This document shows, one piece after another, positions 1 through 12,600 of a stretch of DNA of 64,000 nt. The notes below the pieces were generated by a model that searched no databases, was not told the origin of the DNA, and worked only from the letters and a program-made list of their open reading frames with translations. The translations under genes were made by a program, and so were the position numbers. Every line of letters begins with the position of its first letter. The first letter of the stretch is position 1. The stretch is from Tetramitus jugosus (Eukaryota; Protista; Heterolobosea), in the NCBI GenBank assembly GCA_937625935.1, contig OW569353.1:62001-126000 (forward strand), written 5' to 3'.

Positions 1-1210
1 ATGAGGAGTGACCGATGGTTCCACCTGTTGACGCGATGCAACACTCTCAAACTGAACAGTCACAGAAAAGGTCTCAGGGTACTTTTTGTTGTGCTTTGCA
101 TCCTTGTAAATCTTGTCCAATTCCAACTTTGGCAGAGTAATCGTATAATCGTCAATAAACTGAGTGTTCAACCAGAATTGACCCAACTTTTTATACTTTG
201 CCCCATCTTGCTTCATCAACATAATCTTAAAGTCATCACTGACCACCGTGTTACACTTCATTTCAACGCTTGCATCAGTGACATCATATGCGACACCTTG
301 AGTATGATTGGACGACTTGGCATCATCACTCTCATGATACTCATAAGTCACCTTGAACTCTGAATTGTAGACGCGGAAACTTAGTTTGGCTTTGAAGAGT
401 GGAGCCGGATGCAGAGTAATCTTCTTGATGCGGAGTGCTTGATTGTCCGGATGGGGCGTCTCGAAATGACCATCCCAATTCACATCCTTGTTCAACTCGA
501 GAACACGTCCCAAGTAGCGCACATAGCGTTGTTGACTAGGGATCGTTACGCCCTTCTTGTTCAGAGTTCTCGCAATGGCATAGAACTGTAGTGAATCAGT
601 TGCAGTGGGCTGCATCTTTGAAAATAGCATGTAGGCGCAAATCATGACACCTGTTCGACCCTTTCCAGCCTTACAATGAATCACACCAATGTGTTTCTCA
701 TTGTCCAACAACCATTTGTGAACATCTTGACAGAATGGAACAACAATGGACCATTTGGGTGCTTCATGATCATAAAATGAAAATGATTCTTCTACTCTAC
801 CAAAAAATCTCTCCTTTTTATAGTGTCTCTCTGCACATAGATTATAGAGCTTGTAGCAGTCATTGTGTCTCGTGTTGAGAAATCGTTGAACTTCAGGCAT
901 TGGATTTCTGAATAATCGTTCATAGTTTTCACTTGGAAAACCCATGGCAATAATATTATCAGTTACATCTATACATACATACATACATATATATATTATT
1001 CATCAAATATATCATCATTATTATGGATACAATTGAGGGATACATGTGAGTTGCGTGTCAGTTGGTTGTTTTGTCAATTATTAGATGATTATATGATGAT
1101 TATATGATGATGATAGGATACACACAAGTTAAATCTAGGTCAAAACCATGTTCATTGTCTTGATATCGTTTCTTCTTCTTTGATACGAGCCTCCTGAGTA
1201 CAATGGACAT
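1..1210 (-). CDS. PTEN: PTEN-like phosphatidylinositol 3-phosphatase, 3'-partial. Exon 1 is 1210-1126, intron 1125-969, exon 2 runs from 968 off the window start.
   Basis: Manual splice (GTGTGT...TAG) gives [41 protein letters not shown]...FYDHEAP...VIHCKAGKGRTGVMIC...GVTIPSQQRY. This is the PTEN N-terminal PIP2-binding motif plus the HCKAGKGR catalytic loop. The gene is not intact in the ORF track. Confidence 0.95.
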
Positions 1211-1965
1211 TTTTCTTTGAGAAAATATAAATAGAGCTGTTTGCTTGCTGTTGTTGTTTGTTGCTGTTTGGTTTGTTTTGACTGTGCAGTGTCTGTCAAA
1301 AAAGTGCTGTCTATATCTCAAAGTGGGTGGTGCCTATCGTCTTGGAAGTGCTCTCTTTTTTGTTTGTTGTTTGCACGGTAAACAACCCGAATACGGTTTG
1401 GGAATTTTTTGGTCTTTGGCCAGAGTATTGAGAGGAGAGCTCTCTGTCCGCTGTTGGGAAATGTTGATGGATGATATGTTGTAAAAAATGGATTGCAACG
1501 ACATGAAAGGAGGCGGCGTTAGGAATGTCAAAAACAAGAAGAGACCAATAGGGAACAACAAGTAACAATGAAAGCCACAAGTTGACGAAGCGCAAATAGT
1601 TGATTGCCAAGGTATCGCCTGGCAGGGATAGCACTGGTGGAAGGAAGAACGTCGCAAAGTTACTCTTGACCGGCAACATTCATTTTCGGTTGAATGGCCA
1701 GCTTGGTCGGTGTTCACTTTTCAAGCGATGTGACATGTGATGGCTTCATATTTTCGATCAGGCACAAACAACTGCGTATTGTCGATCCATTACAAATAGA
1801 TGCTTCTCTTTTGGAGCACAGTAAGGATGTGGTGCACCAGCAGGACAGCATTTCATGTGTTTCTCTTGCCCTTCCATCAGTATCAAAGTTTTTACTCTTA
1901 CGGCACTTCCAGCAATTGATGGAACCGTAGCTCACCGCTTGATTCCCGCCACCACCAAAACAAGC

Positions 1966-3615
1966 ATGAAAGAAACAGCAACACACGCATTTTGGACGAC
2001 ACAACCAGTGCCTCAATCCACACAGGATCAACAGCAACCAAACACAAGCAATCCCTTCTTTCTCCTCACCTCCACTCCCAACACCAACAATCAATCATCA
2101 ACATCATCATCATCATCAACAACTACCCTTCCATTCATTCAACCAATCCTTATCTCCACTACTGAAACCACTACTAACCCACAATCTACCAATCATAACA
2201 ACAACAACAACAATAGTAATCATGATTACATGACTACTCCTCCAACACCTCTCCCATCTCTTGACTATGAATGGAAAACGATTGATTTTTTCAGTCAAAA
2301 CAACAACAACCATCACAACAATGATCATTTGAATCAAGTGTTTCAACTCTTGAGAGATCACTATGTAGAGGATGATGATGAACAGTTTCGATTTGCCTAT
2401 CCAGAATCATTCCTAGAGTGGGCACTCAGTGCACCTAATAGTCGACCAGAGTGGTGCCTAGGATTGTATGTTCGGTCATCATCATTATCACTATCAGGAG
2501 AACAAGAAGATGAATTGGTCGATATCAACATTGAACAACAGAAAAAATTGATTGGATTCATATCGGGCATACCTCAAACCATTCAATTTCAAGTCAGGCC
2601 TACTGAGGCTACGACTACTACGACTGCGAATGATGAGATTCAGAGTACTCAAGTAGGAGAAGTCATGGAGAAAAAGTTGGTGATGCCAATGTGCAATGTG
2701 AATTTTTTGTGTGTAAACAAGGCGTATCGAAACAAGGGATTGGCACCATTGTTGATTCGAGAGTTGAGAAGAAGATGTGCTGTTCATGGGCAGTATCAAA
2801 TAGGTGTCTATACGAGTGGTACTTTGCTTCCGACACCGGTATCGAGTGCGACTTACTATATTCGTGATTTAAATGTTCGAAAATTGATTGAGATTGATTA
2901 CTCGAGAGTGCCCTATTCCGTACTTGTGCAGGCTAGAGAGTTGATCATGAGTCGTAGTCGTAATCGTGGTGGTGCTAAAGATAATGATGCTGGATGTGCA
3001 GTGAATGAACATGAAGTTGCAATTTCACTGTATGAATCTGTGATGCGATTGCCTAATGAGACATCTCAACCATATGTCACATTCAATCCAGAGAAACACA
3101 CTGACGCGTTGCAGGTTCTGCTTGATCACTACCTAGAACAGTTTCAATTGTCGCCAGTGTTTACGAGAGATGAAGTGAAGCATTGGTTCACGAGCAGGCC
3201 AAATGTCAACTACACATTTGTTCAAGAAAGTGATAGCAATGATGGAGAATTGTTGAGTGTCATTTCATTCTTTGTGATTCCGTCTTCAGTGATCGAATGT
3301 GAAAAGTATGACAACATGAAGACAGCATACAACTTTTATTCCTTCTCGAGAGAGTGCTTGAGTGGTGGTAGTGATGAATTGAACGATGAATCCACTTATG
3401 TGAGTCGGAGGATTCAATTAGTGAGAGATACACTGATATTGGCACGGAATCAAGGCTGCGACTGTTTCCACATGCTCAACATTCAGAACAATATCGATTC
3501 ACGTGTCACGAAAGAATTGAACTTTGGTGTCGGCTTTGGACACTTGAACTATTACTTGTTTGGTGTCAAGTGTACAAAGCTCGATCCAAAGCAAATTGGT
3601 CTTGTCATGCTATGA
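1966..3615 (+). CDS. NMT: Glycylpeptide N-myristoyltransferase, divergent, with low-complexity insertions
   Basis: HAFWTTQPV, HYVEDDDEQFRFAY, NVNFLCVNKAYRNKGLAPLLIREL, GHLNYYLF and C-terminal IGLVML are NMT signatures. First in-frame ATG is at 1966. Confidence 0.92.
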   Translation: MKETATHAFWTTQPVPQSTQDQQQPNTSNPFFLLTSTPNTNNQSSTSSSSSTTTLPFIQPILISTTETTTNPQSTNHNNNNNNSNHDYMTTPPTPLPSLDYEWKTIDFFSQNNNNHHNNDHLNQVFQLLRDHYVEDDDEQFRFAYPESFLEWALSAPNSRPEWCLGLYVRSSSLSLSGEQEDELVDINIEQQKKLIGFISGIPQTIQFQVRPTEATTTTTANDEIQSTQVGEVMEKKLVMPMCNVNFLCVNKAYRNKGLAPLLIRELRRRCAVHGQYQIGVYTSGTLLPTPVSSATYYIRDLNVRKLIEIDYSRVPYSVLVQARELIMSRSRNRGGAKDNDAGCAVNEHEVAISLYESVMRLPNETSQPYVTFNPEKHTDALQVLLDHYLEQFQLSPVFTRDEVKHWFTSRPNVNYTFVQESDSNDGELLSVISFFVIPSSVIECEKYDNMKTAYNFYSFSRECLSGGSDELNDESTYVSRRIQLVRDTLILARNQGCDCFHMLNIQNNIDSRVTKELNFGVGFGHLNYYLFGVKCTKLDPKQIGLVML

Positions 3616-3831
3616 ACTCGTCGCACAAACTCCTGTCGATGCACAATTGGGAGCGAATATAAGTCTCATTTTTTTATTTTTACAAGATAATAAATTGATA
3701 GTACAAGTGAGTGATGATTCTCTCATCTGATCAACAATGATGAACATGCAGCATGAAAAATAGAAGTTTGCTGTCACTGTCGATCATTTGTGATTCTCAT
3801 TGAGATGATATCACATCCACATCCACACAAC

Positions 3832-4338
3832 TTACTTTTTTCCTCTCTTACCAGATGTCTTCTTCTTCTGAACTTGTTGTTCCTGCTTCTCCTTTGCTCT
3901 CAACTCTTGTTGCTTCTTCTGTTCACTGTCTTGAGCCTTCTTTATTCTCGTGTCAATATTCGGTATCAATCGTGCAATTTCCTCCAATAGCTTTCTCTTT
4001 GTTATATGATTGTTGTTGTTGTTATTTTTGTCGTCATTCTTTAATTGAACCTTGACACGTCCTTCGACCCATGGATCTCTAGAGTACCTCTTGTCCAATT
4101 CGATTGTGCTCTTGAGTTTCAAATGTCGACACACTGCAAAAATTTCTCTTGCTGTTGGTTCTTCGACACATTTGGACTTGCCGATCCTTCGTCCTTCAGC
4201 CACAGTTTTTGTAGAGTCAATGTAACTTGGATAAATACTTTGCCATGATTTGACATTGTCCAATTCTGTAGGAAGCAATGGATCTTGTTTAAACAGGTTG
4301 TTGGTTGATGTTGGTTCTGCTGTGGTGGTGGTGGCCAT
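3832..4338 (-). CDS. SRP19: Signal recognition particle 19 kDa protein
   Basis: WQSIYPSYIDSTKTVAEGRRI...PTAREI...KRYSRD...GRVKVQLK plus a basic tail. The likely start is the ATG at 4338 (MATTTT). Confidence 0.93.
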   Translation of the reverse strand: MATTTTAEPTSTNNLFKQDPLLPTELDNVKSWQSIYPSYIDSTKTVAEGRRIGKSKCVEEPTAREIFAVCRHLKLKSTIELDKRYSRDPWVEGRVKVQLKNDDKNNNNNNHITKRKLLEEIARLIPNIDTRIKKAQDSEQKKQQELRAKEKQEQQVQKKKTSGKRGKK

Positions 4339-4729
4339 TTTTTGAATGATTGTTTGTTTGTTGTTGTTGGATGAGAAAATGTGTGATTGGGGTTGTTTTT
4401 GATTTTCTTGTCTCGACGACGGAAAAAATGATCGATAATAACCCGATGTAGAAACAAGAAAAGGTGACTTCTGTCTAAGAGAATATCTTACTTTACATTG
4501 AGTGTCACATGCATTCATGTGATGAAAAAGAAAGGGGATAGGGGCTGTACAACAAGTCCTAAAAGGGGTTAAAGTGTTTCGTGTTCCACACGTAGGAGAG
4601 CCGTGGGAAAATGAAGACGAATTACAGAAGGAGGAGCACTATTCTTCTCCTCTCTGTCTGTTTGTCTCTGTGTTCAAATTGGGATGAGCTACGTGTGAGT
4701 GTGATTGTATGCGACAATGAGCTGGTCAG

Positions 4730-5719
4730 TTAGGCAACAGCAGATTTGCGCTCCTGGAGATCCTTCAATCTCTGATAATTCCTCCTGTAAACACTATTGT
4801 TCGGTTGTAGCAAATGCGCCTTCTCAGCGTCATTCACTGCCTCGGGTAGCATCTTCTTATACTCGTGAACCATAGCTCTATTGTTGTATGCGATTGAGTC
4901 TGTGGGATCCAATTCAATTGCTTTTGAGAAATCGTAGAGAGCTTCAGTGTACTTTTGAAGAATCTTGTACGAGTTGCCTCTAAAGTAATAGGCAACAGTG
5001 TTGCTTGCATCTAGTTCGATTGCTTTTGAATAATCTTCCACAGCTTCCTCATACTTTCTCAAATTGTAGAACGAGTTTCCTCTGCCACTGAATGCTGTTG
5101 ACTTTGTGTGACCCAACTCAATCGCCCTATTATAATCCTTGATTGCTTCCTCGTAGTGCTGCATGGCACGGAGCGAGTTGGCACGAGAGTTGTATGCCAC
5201 ACCGTTCGTCGGATCAATTTCAATCGCTTTGGAATAGTCCGCTACGGCCTCCTTGTACTTTAGTTGAACCTTGTATGAGTTGCCACGATTAAAGTAGGCC
5301 ATGACTGATTTTGGATCCAGTTCAATAGCTCGCGTATAATCCTGTATTGCCTCCGTGTACTTTTTCTGGTAGTGATAGGCATTGCCTCTGCCATTGTGAG
5401 CTGTGGCATTCGATGGATCGAGCTCAATGCACTTGGTATAGTCTCTGATGGCATCTTGATACCTCTGTTGATTGTAGTAGGCGTTGGCTCTGGATTTGAA
5501 TGCATTGGCATCACCTTCATCATCAATCAGATAGTCGTTGATCAAGTGCTGAACAATGGAGGTTTGTTGCTTGCACAGCCATTGGACCTGAGGTTTTTCC
5601 AAGGTGGAGCTTCTTGACAGGTTTCTGCTGCTATTGTTCCTTCTGTCGTGTTGGAGGAGAACATTGTCAACGGCTGTTGGTGATTCTCCAGAGCTGTGTT
5701 GCATCGTTGAGAGAGTCAT
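4730..5719 (-). CDS. Tetratricopeptide repeat protein (about 7 TPRs)
   Basis: Tandem 34-aa units of the form AYxNRGNxY...YxEAIxDYxKAIELDP. Confidence 0.9.
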   Translation of the reverse strand: MTLSTMQHSSGESPTAVDNVLLQHDRRNNSSRNLSRSSTLEKPQVQWLCKQQTSIVQHLINDYLIDDEGDANAFKSRANAYYNQQRYQDAIRDYTKCIELDPSNATAHNGRGNAYHYQKKYTEAIQDYTRAIELDPKSVMAYFNRGNSYKVQLKYKEAVADYSKAIEIDPTNGVAYNSRANSLRAMQHYEEAIKDYNRAIELGHTKSTAFSGRGNSFYNLRKYEEAVEDYSKAIELDASNTVAYYFRGNSYKILQKYTEALYDFSKAIELDPTDSIAYNNRAMVHEYKKMLPEAVNDAEKAHLLQPNNSVYRRNYQRLKDLQERKSAVA

Positions 5720-6215
5720 TTTTCTTTGTTGTTCAAAGTGTGTGGGTTTTTTTTATAGCTTTTTTATTGTTGTGTTGTATGCGTGGACAATAAGCTTTTG
5801 GCTGATGATGATATTCACCTGGTGGGACTGTTTTTATCAAGAAAAGAGCTTGGCTAATTGTTTTTTGAACTTGTTTCTGCTGAGTTCCTATTTCAAGGGC
5901 GTTTTTTTGGTTGGATAAAAAGCTTTCGGGGGTTGACCAAGCTTTCGAAAAAACTGCTTCCAGAAAAGCTAAATTCAGAATGGTTGTTGTTGCCTCATCA
6001 ACAGGATAACTGTCAACAAATGCAGAAAAACCAAAAGATCTTGAGGTTCATTGGAGTGGAACATCTGGTAGTAAAGTTTCCAGCATCACATCCAGCAATG
6101 CAGAAATTGAATTGCCACTCTCTTGACAAGATCAACAAAAAGGGTTGCGCAAAAATAATAACCCCGATTCTACGACAAACTGAATTCCCATTGGTCACAA
6201 ACCGATCTCAAAATC

Positions 6216-9200
6216 ATGTGGTCAAAGCACATGACAGAGTCTAGAGCCAGCTCGAATAGCTACTATTCAATGATTAGTGATGTTCCGTGGTCTATCACAT
6301 CCAGTATGATGCCTCCCAGCAGATCTCCTTCGCCGGAGAAGTTGGCTGCAGACAAGGCTTCTCTTCGTGAGGAGAACTACAAGTGGAATGATGTTCAATC
6401 AAAGTATATCACTTCTCGAAAGGCAGCAGAGCTTCAAGCAAAGATGGCCGCTGCTCTCAAGGATCTGAACGAAAGCTCACACAAGAAAGATGTGGAAACG
6501 GCTGATCAGATGGATCTGCTTCGAGAATTCGTATCAATGGATGAACAGGTAGATATTGGTAAACTCGTACAGAAAAACAAGGCAAAAGTGGATGAAATCC
6601 TAAGTGCATATAACAATATCAGTCAGAGTCGAATAACTCTGCTTCGGGAGCTCAAACATTGGTTCGATAACGCAAATGAACGGGACGATGAACTGTCAGA
6701 ATCTGGCCAAGATCAGATGGATATTCAGAAAGAACAAGAACAAGTACCAGATGCCACACGATTGGGATTTGAAGATTTTTTCACTCAGTTTAAGTACTCT
6801 TCGGATAAGTTGCACAGTATGCGAGAACACATTCTGGAAGTCGGTACGATCATGGATCATCTAAAAAATAATGATGTCGTGCCGGTGAATGTTTTGCGTA
6901 GTTCGATATTTAATGTTGAGTCGATACTATCTCGGATGAACAAAGATATGGAAGAGGCAGTGAAACGGTACAGCGAGGCAGAAACTCGAGTGAAAGTATT
7001 GGAGGAGATGCTTTTAGAGGAGCATTCCAAGGAAGTTAGAAAAAAAAATAAGCGAAGACATGCAGCAATATCGGAACAGAAAGAAAGAGAGTATATAGCA
7101 AATCTGAAGAAAATGAAGATTGATATGGAGAAGGCGAATGTTGGTTTGCTAAATGAGAGGTTTGACAAGAAAAATTATGCTCAATATGCCAGCCAACTCA
7201 AATATGAGATAGAAAAGAGGGATAAGTTTATAGAGGAGAACACGGGAAAGGTGTTTGAAATCAGTCGAAAATTTTCTGACCTAGAGGATGAGATAGAACA
7301 GTTGAAGAGTGATTGTGAAGCACTCAGACGACAGAGAGATATTCAAAAGGTTGTGTTGGATCGAAAAATTGAGGAAATACAGGAGTTGAAAAGAGAGAAT
7401 GTTCAGAAGGAGTTTGAGATCATTCAAACACACGTTAATGATATCAAAGAGGAGACTTTTACTTTCACAGTTCATCAAACAACTCAAACAGATGAAGTGC
7501 CTGAACCTACAAGAAACGATAAAGAATTGAGGAGCTCTCAGTCTCTTAAGATTGTGTCAGGTGAAGATAGTTTTGTGTCTGGAGATCTTTCCAACCAATC
7601 GGAGGGATATTGGCTGAATAGACTTAACGCGATAACAGAATTGCTGTTACCAGATCCATTATCAGTAATCGACATCCGCATTGCTCTTAGCATCGTCAAT
7701 GAATTGAAGGAACAAGCAATTAAGGATATGATGAGTCGATCGAAGCAACCAAAAGCAGATCCAGCAAGAGGAAATGAAATTTTGGAGATGGAAAACATGA
7801 ATCTGCAGAAGCAGATTGTCAAATATCATAAAACGATAGAAAAACTAACAGATCGACTATCAGAGGAAGAGGAGGCAAGTAGCCAAAAGATAAAGAAACT
7901 GAAAACCTCAGTGAAAACGCTTGAGAAAGAAGACAAGAGATCCAAAGAGGAGATAGCGAAACTACGATCTGAGTTAGAGAAGGCAAAGAAACCTCAAGTA
8001 GTAAAAACTAAAGAAGTACCCCAAGAGAATAAGAAAGTAACGAAAAAGAAGGTCGAAACCGTCCCAGTTGCCAAAGTTGCTAAAAAGGATCCAGAGACGA
8101 ATACTCGAGCGACTTCTCCACTCAAGGAAATTTTGGGCAGGAGAAGTAGTCCCATCGCTAGCTTCGGATGGGAAAGTGATACAGAGTATCCAATGGACAT
8201 TTTGGAGTTCTCGAAGACATCCCGGAAACCAAAGAGAGACGAAGAAAAGAAAGTGGATTTTTCTCGAGGAGTTGCCGTGGGTGTTCAATGTAAAATTCTC
8301 GAAGCTAGTGACCCACCCATCAGACGCTTGACTTCAGATAGTCATATTCAAACCGAACCTTGGATCCCAGAGACGCAAGGTGAGTTTTACAAGGATTTGG
8401 AAAAACGAGCTCGAAAATATGTCGAACAAGACTATAAGCATCAGATTAAGAATTTAATGTCTGATATTCAAGCATACAAGTATGTTTCCTTAACTCTATT
8501 GAGAATTTGAGAACCATTTCTTAATCTATTTCTTTTCAATAGGATGGGTCATGCCTTCTTTCACAACAAGATTGAGTCGCATTTGATGGAGATAACGAGA
8601 GAATATTCACTACCAATTGCAAAGTTAGATGAAGAAGATGAGAATGACTTACAGTATCAATTTGAGGAAAACTATCTGAGTAAACTAAATGACTCTAGTT
8701 CATTCCCCAGATCAGAACTCGTGCTTGACAGCGCTCAGAGATTGAAAGTGTTAGTCAAGACAATGAAACTTTTCATTGACGATATATTTGATTCTAAGAG
8801 TGGCCAACTTCAGGAGAATAACATTAGCCAAAAGATGTACAAGTTGAGATCATCTCATGAGCGGCTGTTGGCCGAACATGCAGTCCTAAAATCTCAGCCT
8901 GAGAGTAGGAATGTCAGTCAACAAGGAGAACGAAAAATGTTAAACATTTCGCCAGTTGATATCGCAAAGCGAACTGCGGAGCAGTTAATCAACTCGAACA
9001 AGTTGTTGAAAGAAACAAAGGCTGGTCTTTCGTTTAGGAAAATAATGGAGAGGAACAAACTCGCTCAACTTCAAGCAGAAATTTACTCTCTCAAGCAGGA
9101 AGGAGCCCATCCACGCTTGATCAACTTTATGCACAAACGAGAGAAGAAACAAAAGGAGGTGTTAAGTGAGTTTGAATTGAAAAGGCGAGCAGTACAACGT

Positions 9201-9560
9201 CAGATCTCGACGAATATCGAGAAAGCTCTATCCGCATTGAATTACATTATTTACAACCCTACCGAGAATGACGAAGACAATAGTGATCACATTGCGAGGA
9301 AGAGGAGCTCTCTGGCTTTGGACTTGAGGATATCCCCAAGAACGTCTATCCCTAATCTCTTTATCACCTCCTTCAACAAACAACAGCATCAAACAGTCAC
9401 AACGACACACAAGATGACATTTGCGGATGGAAGTATGACAGCGAGAAAGAATTTGGGAAACCCTTACTTGAATTACAAGTTGGATGCATCGTACAAAACG
9501 AGGAGTAGCAAACCTCAGAAGAGCGATCTTCTCACATTTCCTAAACTGCAGCATAAATAA
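6216..9560 (+). CDS. Large coiled-coil protein of unknown function; one intron at 8480-8542 joins the 764-aa and 338-aa ORFs
   Basis: GTATGT donor at 8480 and pyrimidine tract/TAG acceptor ending at 8542 join the ORFs in frame (...AYK|MGH...). The protein is E/K-rich with heptad character. Confidence 0.75.
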
Positions 9561-9614
9561 CCATTTCTCGATTTTATTCTGAAGGATAGTTTAGAGAACA
9601 GATCAGCTGATTCA

Positions 9615-12600
9615 TTATTGTGGTCGGTAGACATTCTGAATGGATGGATTCGAGTCATGACCAAGTTTCTGACGCTTGCTGGTTTCGTACGTGTATTGGA
9701 ACTGTTGGGCCTCATTATCAGTTCGTCTGTTTGAGATGATGCTCCGGTAATCCTGAAGAGCAATTGTCATATCATGGAGAAGACGATCGAACCTGAAAGC
9801 AATACCATACATATCTTGAAGTTTTTTCAAGGCCTCAGTATTTCTTTCGAGATAAGAAGCGATGGATTCTGTCTTGGAGATATCCATATCTCCAAAGTAA
9901 CATTGTGCCTTCAGTTGAGACAATAGAAATTTGCACACAGTGGACACGTAGTGAACACTTAATGGACACAAGTAAAAGTTTGTAAACCGCTCAATTTTTC
10001 CAGTCAACTCCTTGGCGAGTTCCAATGCCTCATCAATTTGCAACCTCTCACTCAACAGTTGAATCTTAGCGGCAGTGAAGCTCAAATCAAAAGAATTGCT
10101 CAAGAATCGGACAAATGATAATGACTCCTCGCTGACACGATAGTTCAACTGCTGCACCATGGCAATCTTTGCCTTGTCCAAAAATTCAATCGTCTCCTGA
10201 CTTTGGACCGTGCTCATCATATCAACCTTTTTGGACATGCGTTTATAAAACTTGAGTGCACTGCGATATGCTTGGTCCATGTTGCATGCAAAGCTGGGAG
10301 AGATCCCTCCAGTTGATTCATTACTGCTGGTCGGTGTGGCAGTGCGAGCTCTATCTGTCAAAGAATCACTTGAGCCATCAGAAGATGAACTCGTATCACC
10401 CAGACTACTCGTGTTGAGCACACCGCCATAGCTACCATAGAAGTGATGTGATGTAGTCGATGATACTGTAGCAATGCTGGAAGTAGAGAGTCTATTGCTT
10501 CTGTCCCTCTCTTCACCACTGTCACTGTTACCACTACCATCACTATCTTTCACTTCACGATCCTCCTCTCCCGAGTTCAGAGTCACCTGCTCCGACAGAA
10601 ACATGATTTGGGTCATGTACCGTTGTACGAAACCCATCTTTAATCTCTCCTCTGATGTCAAGTCCCTTGCCTTCTTGAGCATTGTAAAGTACATGTTGGC
10701 TTGAGTCATGAGAAAGGTGACACGGAAACTACCCAAATCACCAATCTCTGCCAACGAATAATAGCACAGTAAAATGCAACCACATGCCATATCGACCATA
10801 TCGGATGACCTTGTTTGTTGCAAGTGAGTGTTCATCCACTCGAGTTCCCTATTCAACAACAACCACGCATTCTCAAAGTACTCCAATGCCAATTTGCGCT
10901 TTCCCATTCTCTGTAAACTAAATGTCATGATGGCAAAGAAGAGAATCATGCGCGAAAAACTGCCACTACCTTTTCCACTACCACTGTTATTACTACTACT
11001 ACTACTACTACTACTCGCATCAGAAGTCAGTGATGCAGGAATAATCATAATATTTGGTTGCTGCTGTTGTGCAGTACTACTGGAAGATGAAGATGCTGCC
11101 AAGAGATACTGTGGACAATAGAATGGAGTCGCCTGAGGCACAAACCGATCCAATGCTGCATCTTCATCCTCATTATGACCATCAAAATAGGGAAAATCCA
11201 TGGATTGACAACTGAGTTGAAAAATGATGCTCCGAAGAACGGATTTACTGAGCATGGGCATACCAAATGACACATATTGATGATAAAAATCGGACAATTG
11301 AGTCAAATTGAGCTGAAATTGCATCATGTCACTCAATGATTGAATTCTGTTGTTGAACATGAGTGAAGGAACAATCATTCGAGTATTCATAGTTGAGTCA
11401 TTCACTTTTTGTTGTTGTTGTTGTTGTTGAGTTGATACACTGCCTTTTCTCTTTCCATCATTATTGTTGTTGTTGTTGTTGTTAGTATGGACAGAGATGG
11501 ATTGAACTTGTTGTTGCAGTTGTTGTTGTAGATGATGATGATGATGAGGATATGATGGTTGTGTCATGGAAGGTGAAGATAACGATGATGAAGCATACAG
11601 TGGTTGTTGTTGTTGAGATGTTTGGCTATGGTGGTGCATTTCTCTCATGAGATCCAACAACTCTTGTTGCTTCAAATTCAACAAGTCTTCCTTTTGTTTC
11701 TGTACTTGAGATTGTTCCTGTATTCGATATTGTACATTTTGAAGTTGTTGTGAATAGGATGGTACAATAGGTTGAGATGGATGTGGTAATGTTACATTCA
11801 CAGATGATCGTTCATTGTTATTAGTGGTAGTGGTAGTAGTATGATTGTCTAGTAGAATCAGGTTGTTGTTGTTGGATGATATGAGTGGTCGTCCTATGGT
11901 AGCAGTTGTTGATGATGTTGTGATGGTTGATGATGGTACTACTACTGTTGGTAGTTGAGTGACTTGCACCAAGTTGTTGTTGTTTATTGGTTGTTGTCGT
12001 TGTAATGGAGAAGTAGCTCCATTGTTGTTGCTATGATTACTATTGCTCCTTTCTCTACTACTACTACTACTACCACTATTGATGTGCTTGCTATTGTTCA
12101 TCAACAATAAAGCTTTCATACTGTCATTGTTGTTTGTTGTTCCTAGGTTGTTGTTATTGTAACTATAGTATGACGATTGTGGCAAGTGTTGTTGTTGTTG
12201 TGGGTGCAATGAGGGAGATGATTCGAGCAGAGGCAGTAGCTCTTGTTGTTGTTGTGCAGCAGAAAAAATGAGGTCATAATTGATTGATGGTTGTTGTTGT
12301 TGTTGTTGAGGAGGTATGAACATGTTGGTTGCATAGCTATCGAACACCACTGGTTGTGGTTGCAGCTGCTGCTGAGATTGTTGAAACAAGGGTTGCTGTT
12401 GTTGTTGATCATTGTTGTAGGAGCAAACATTGGAGGTTGTGGTGCGTGTGGGTGAAGCAATGGCTACAGTGGTGGCAGGAAAAGCTTGAGAGTAGGCAAA
12501 TAGCGGGTGTTGTTGTTGTAATTGTTGAGTTTGAGTTTGTTGCTGTGTCGTTGGAGAGTAGGCAAAAGTCAATGGCTGTGGTGGTTGCTGTTGCTGCTGA

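Noticed and set aside
969-1125. ATAC and ATGATT microsatellite-like runs
   Set aside because: Ordinary low-complexity sequence in the PTEN intron.
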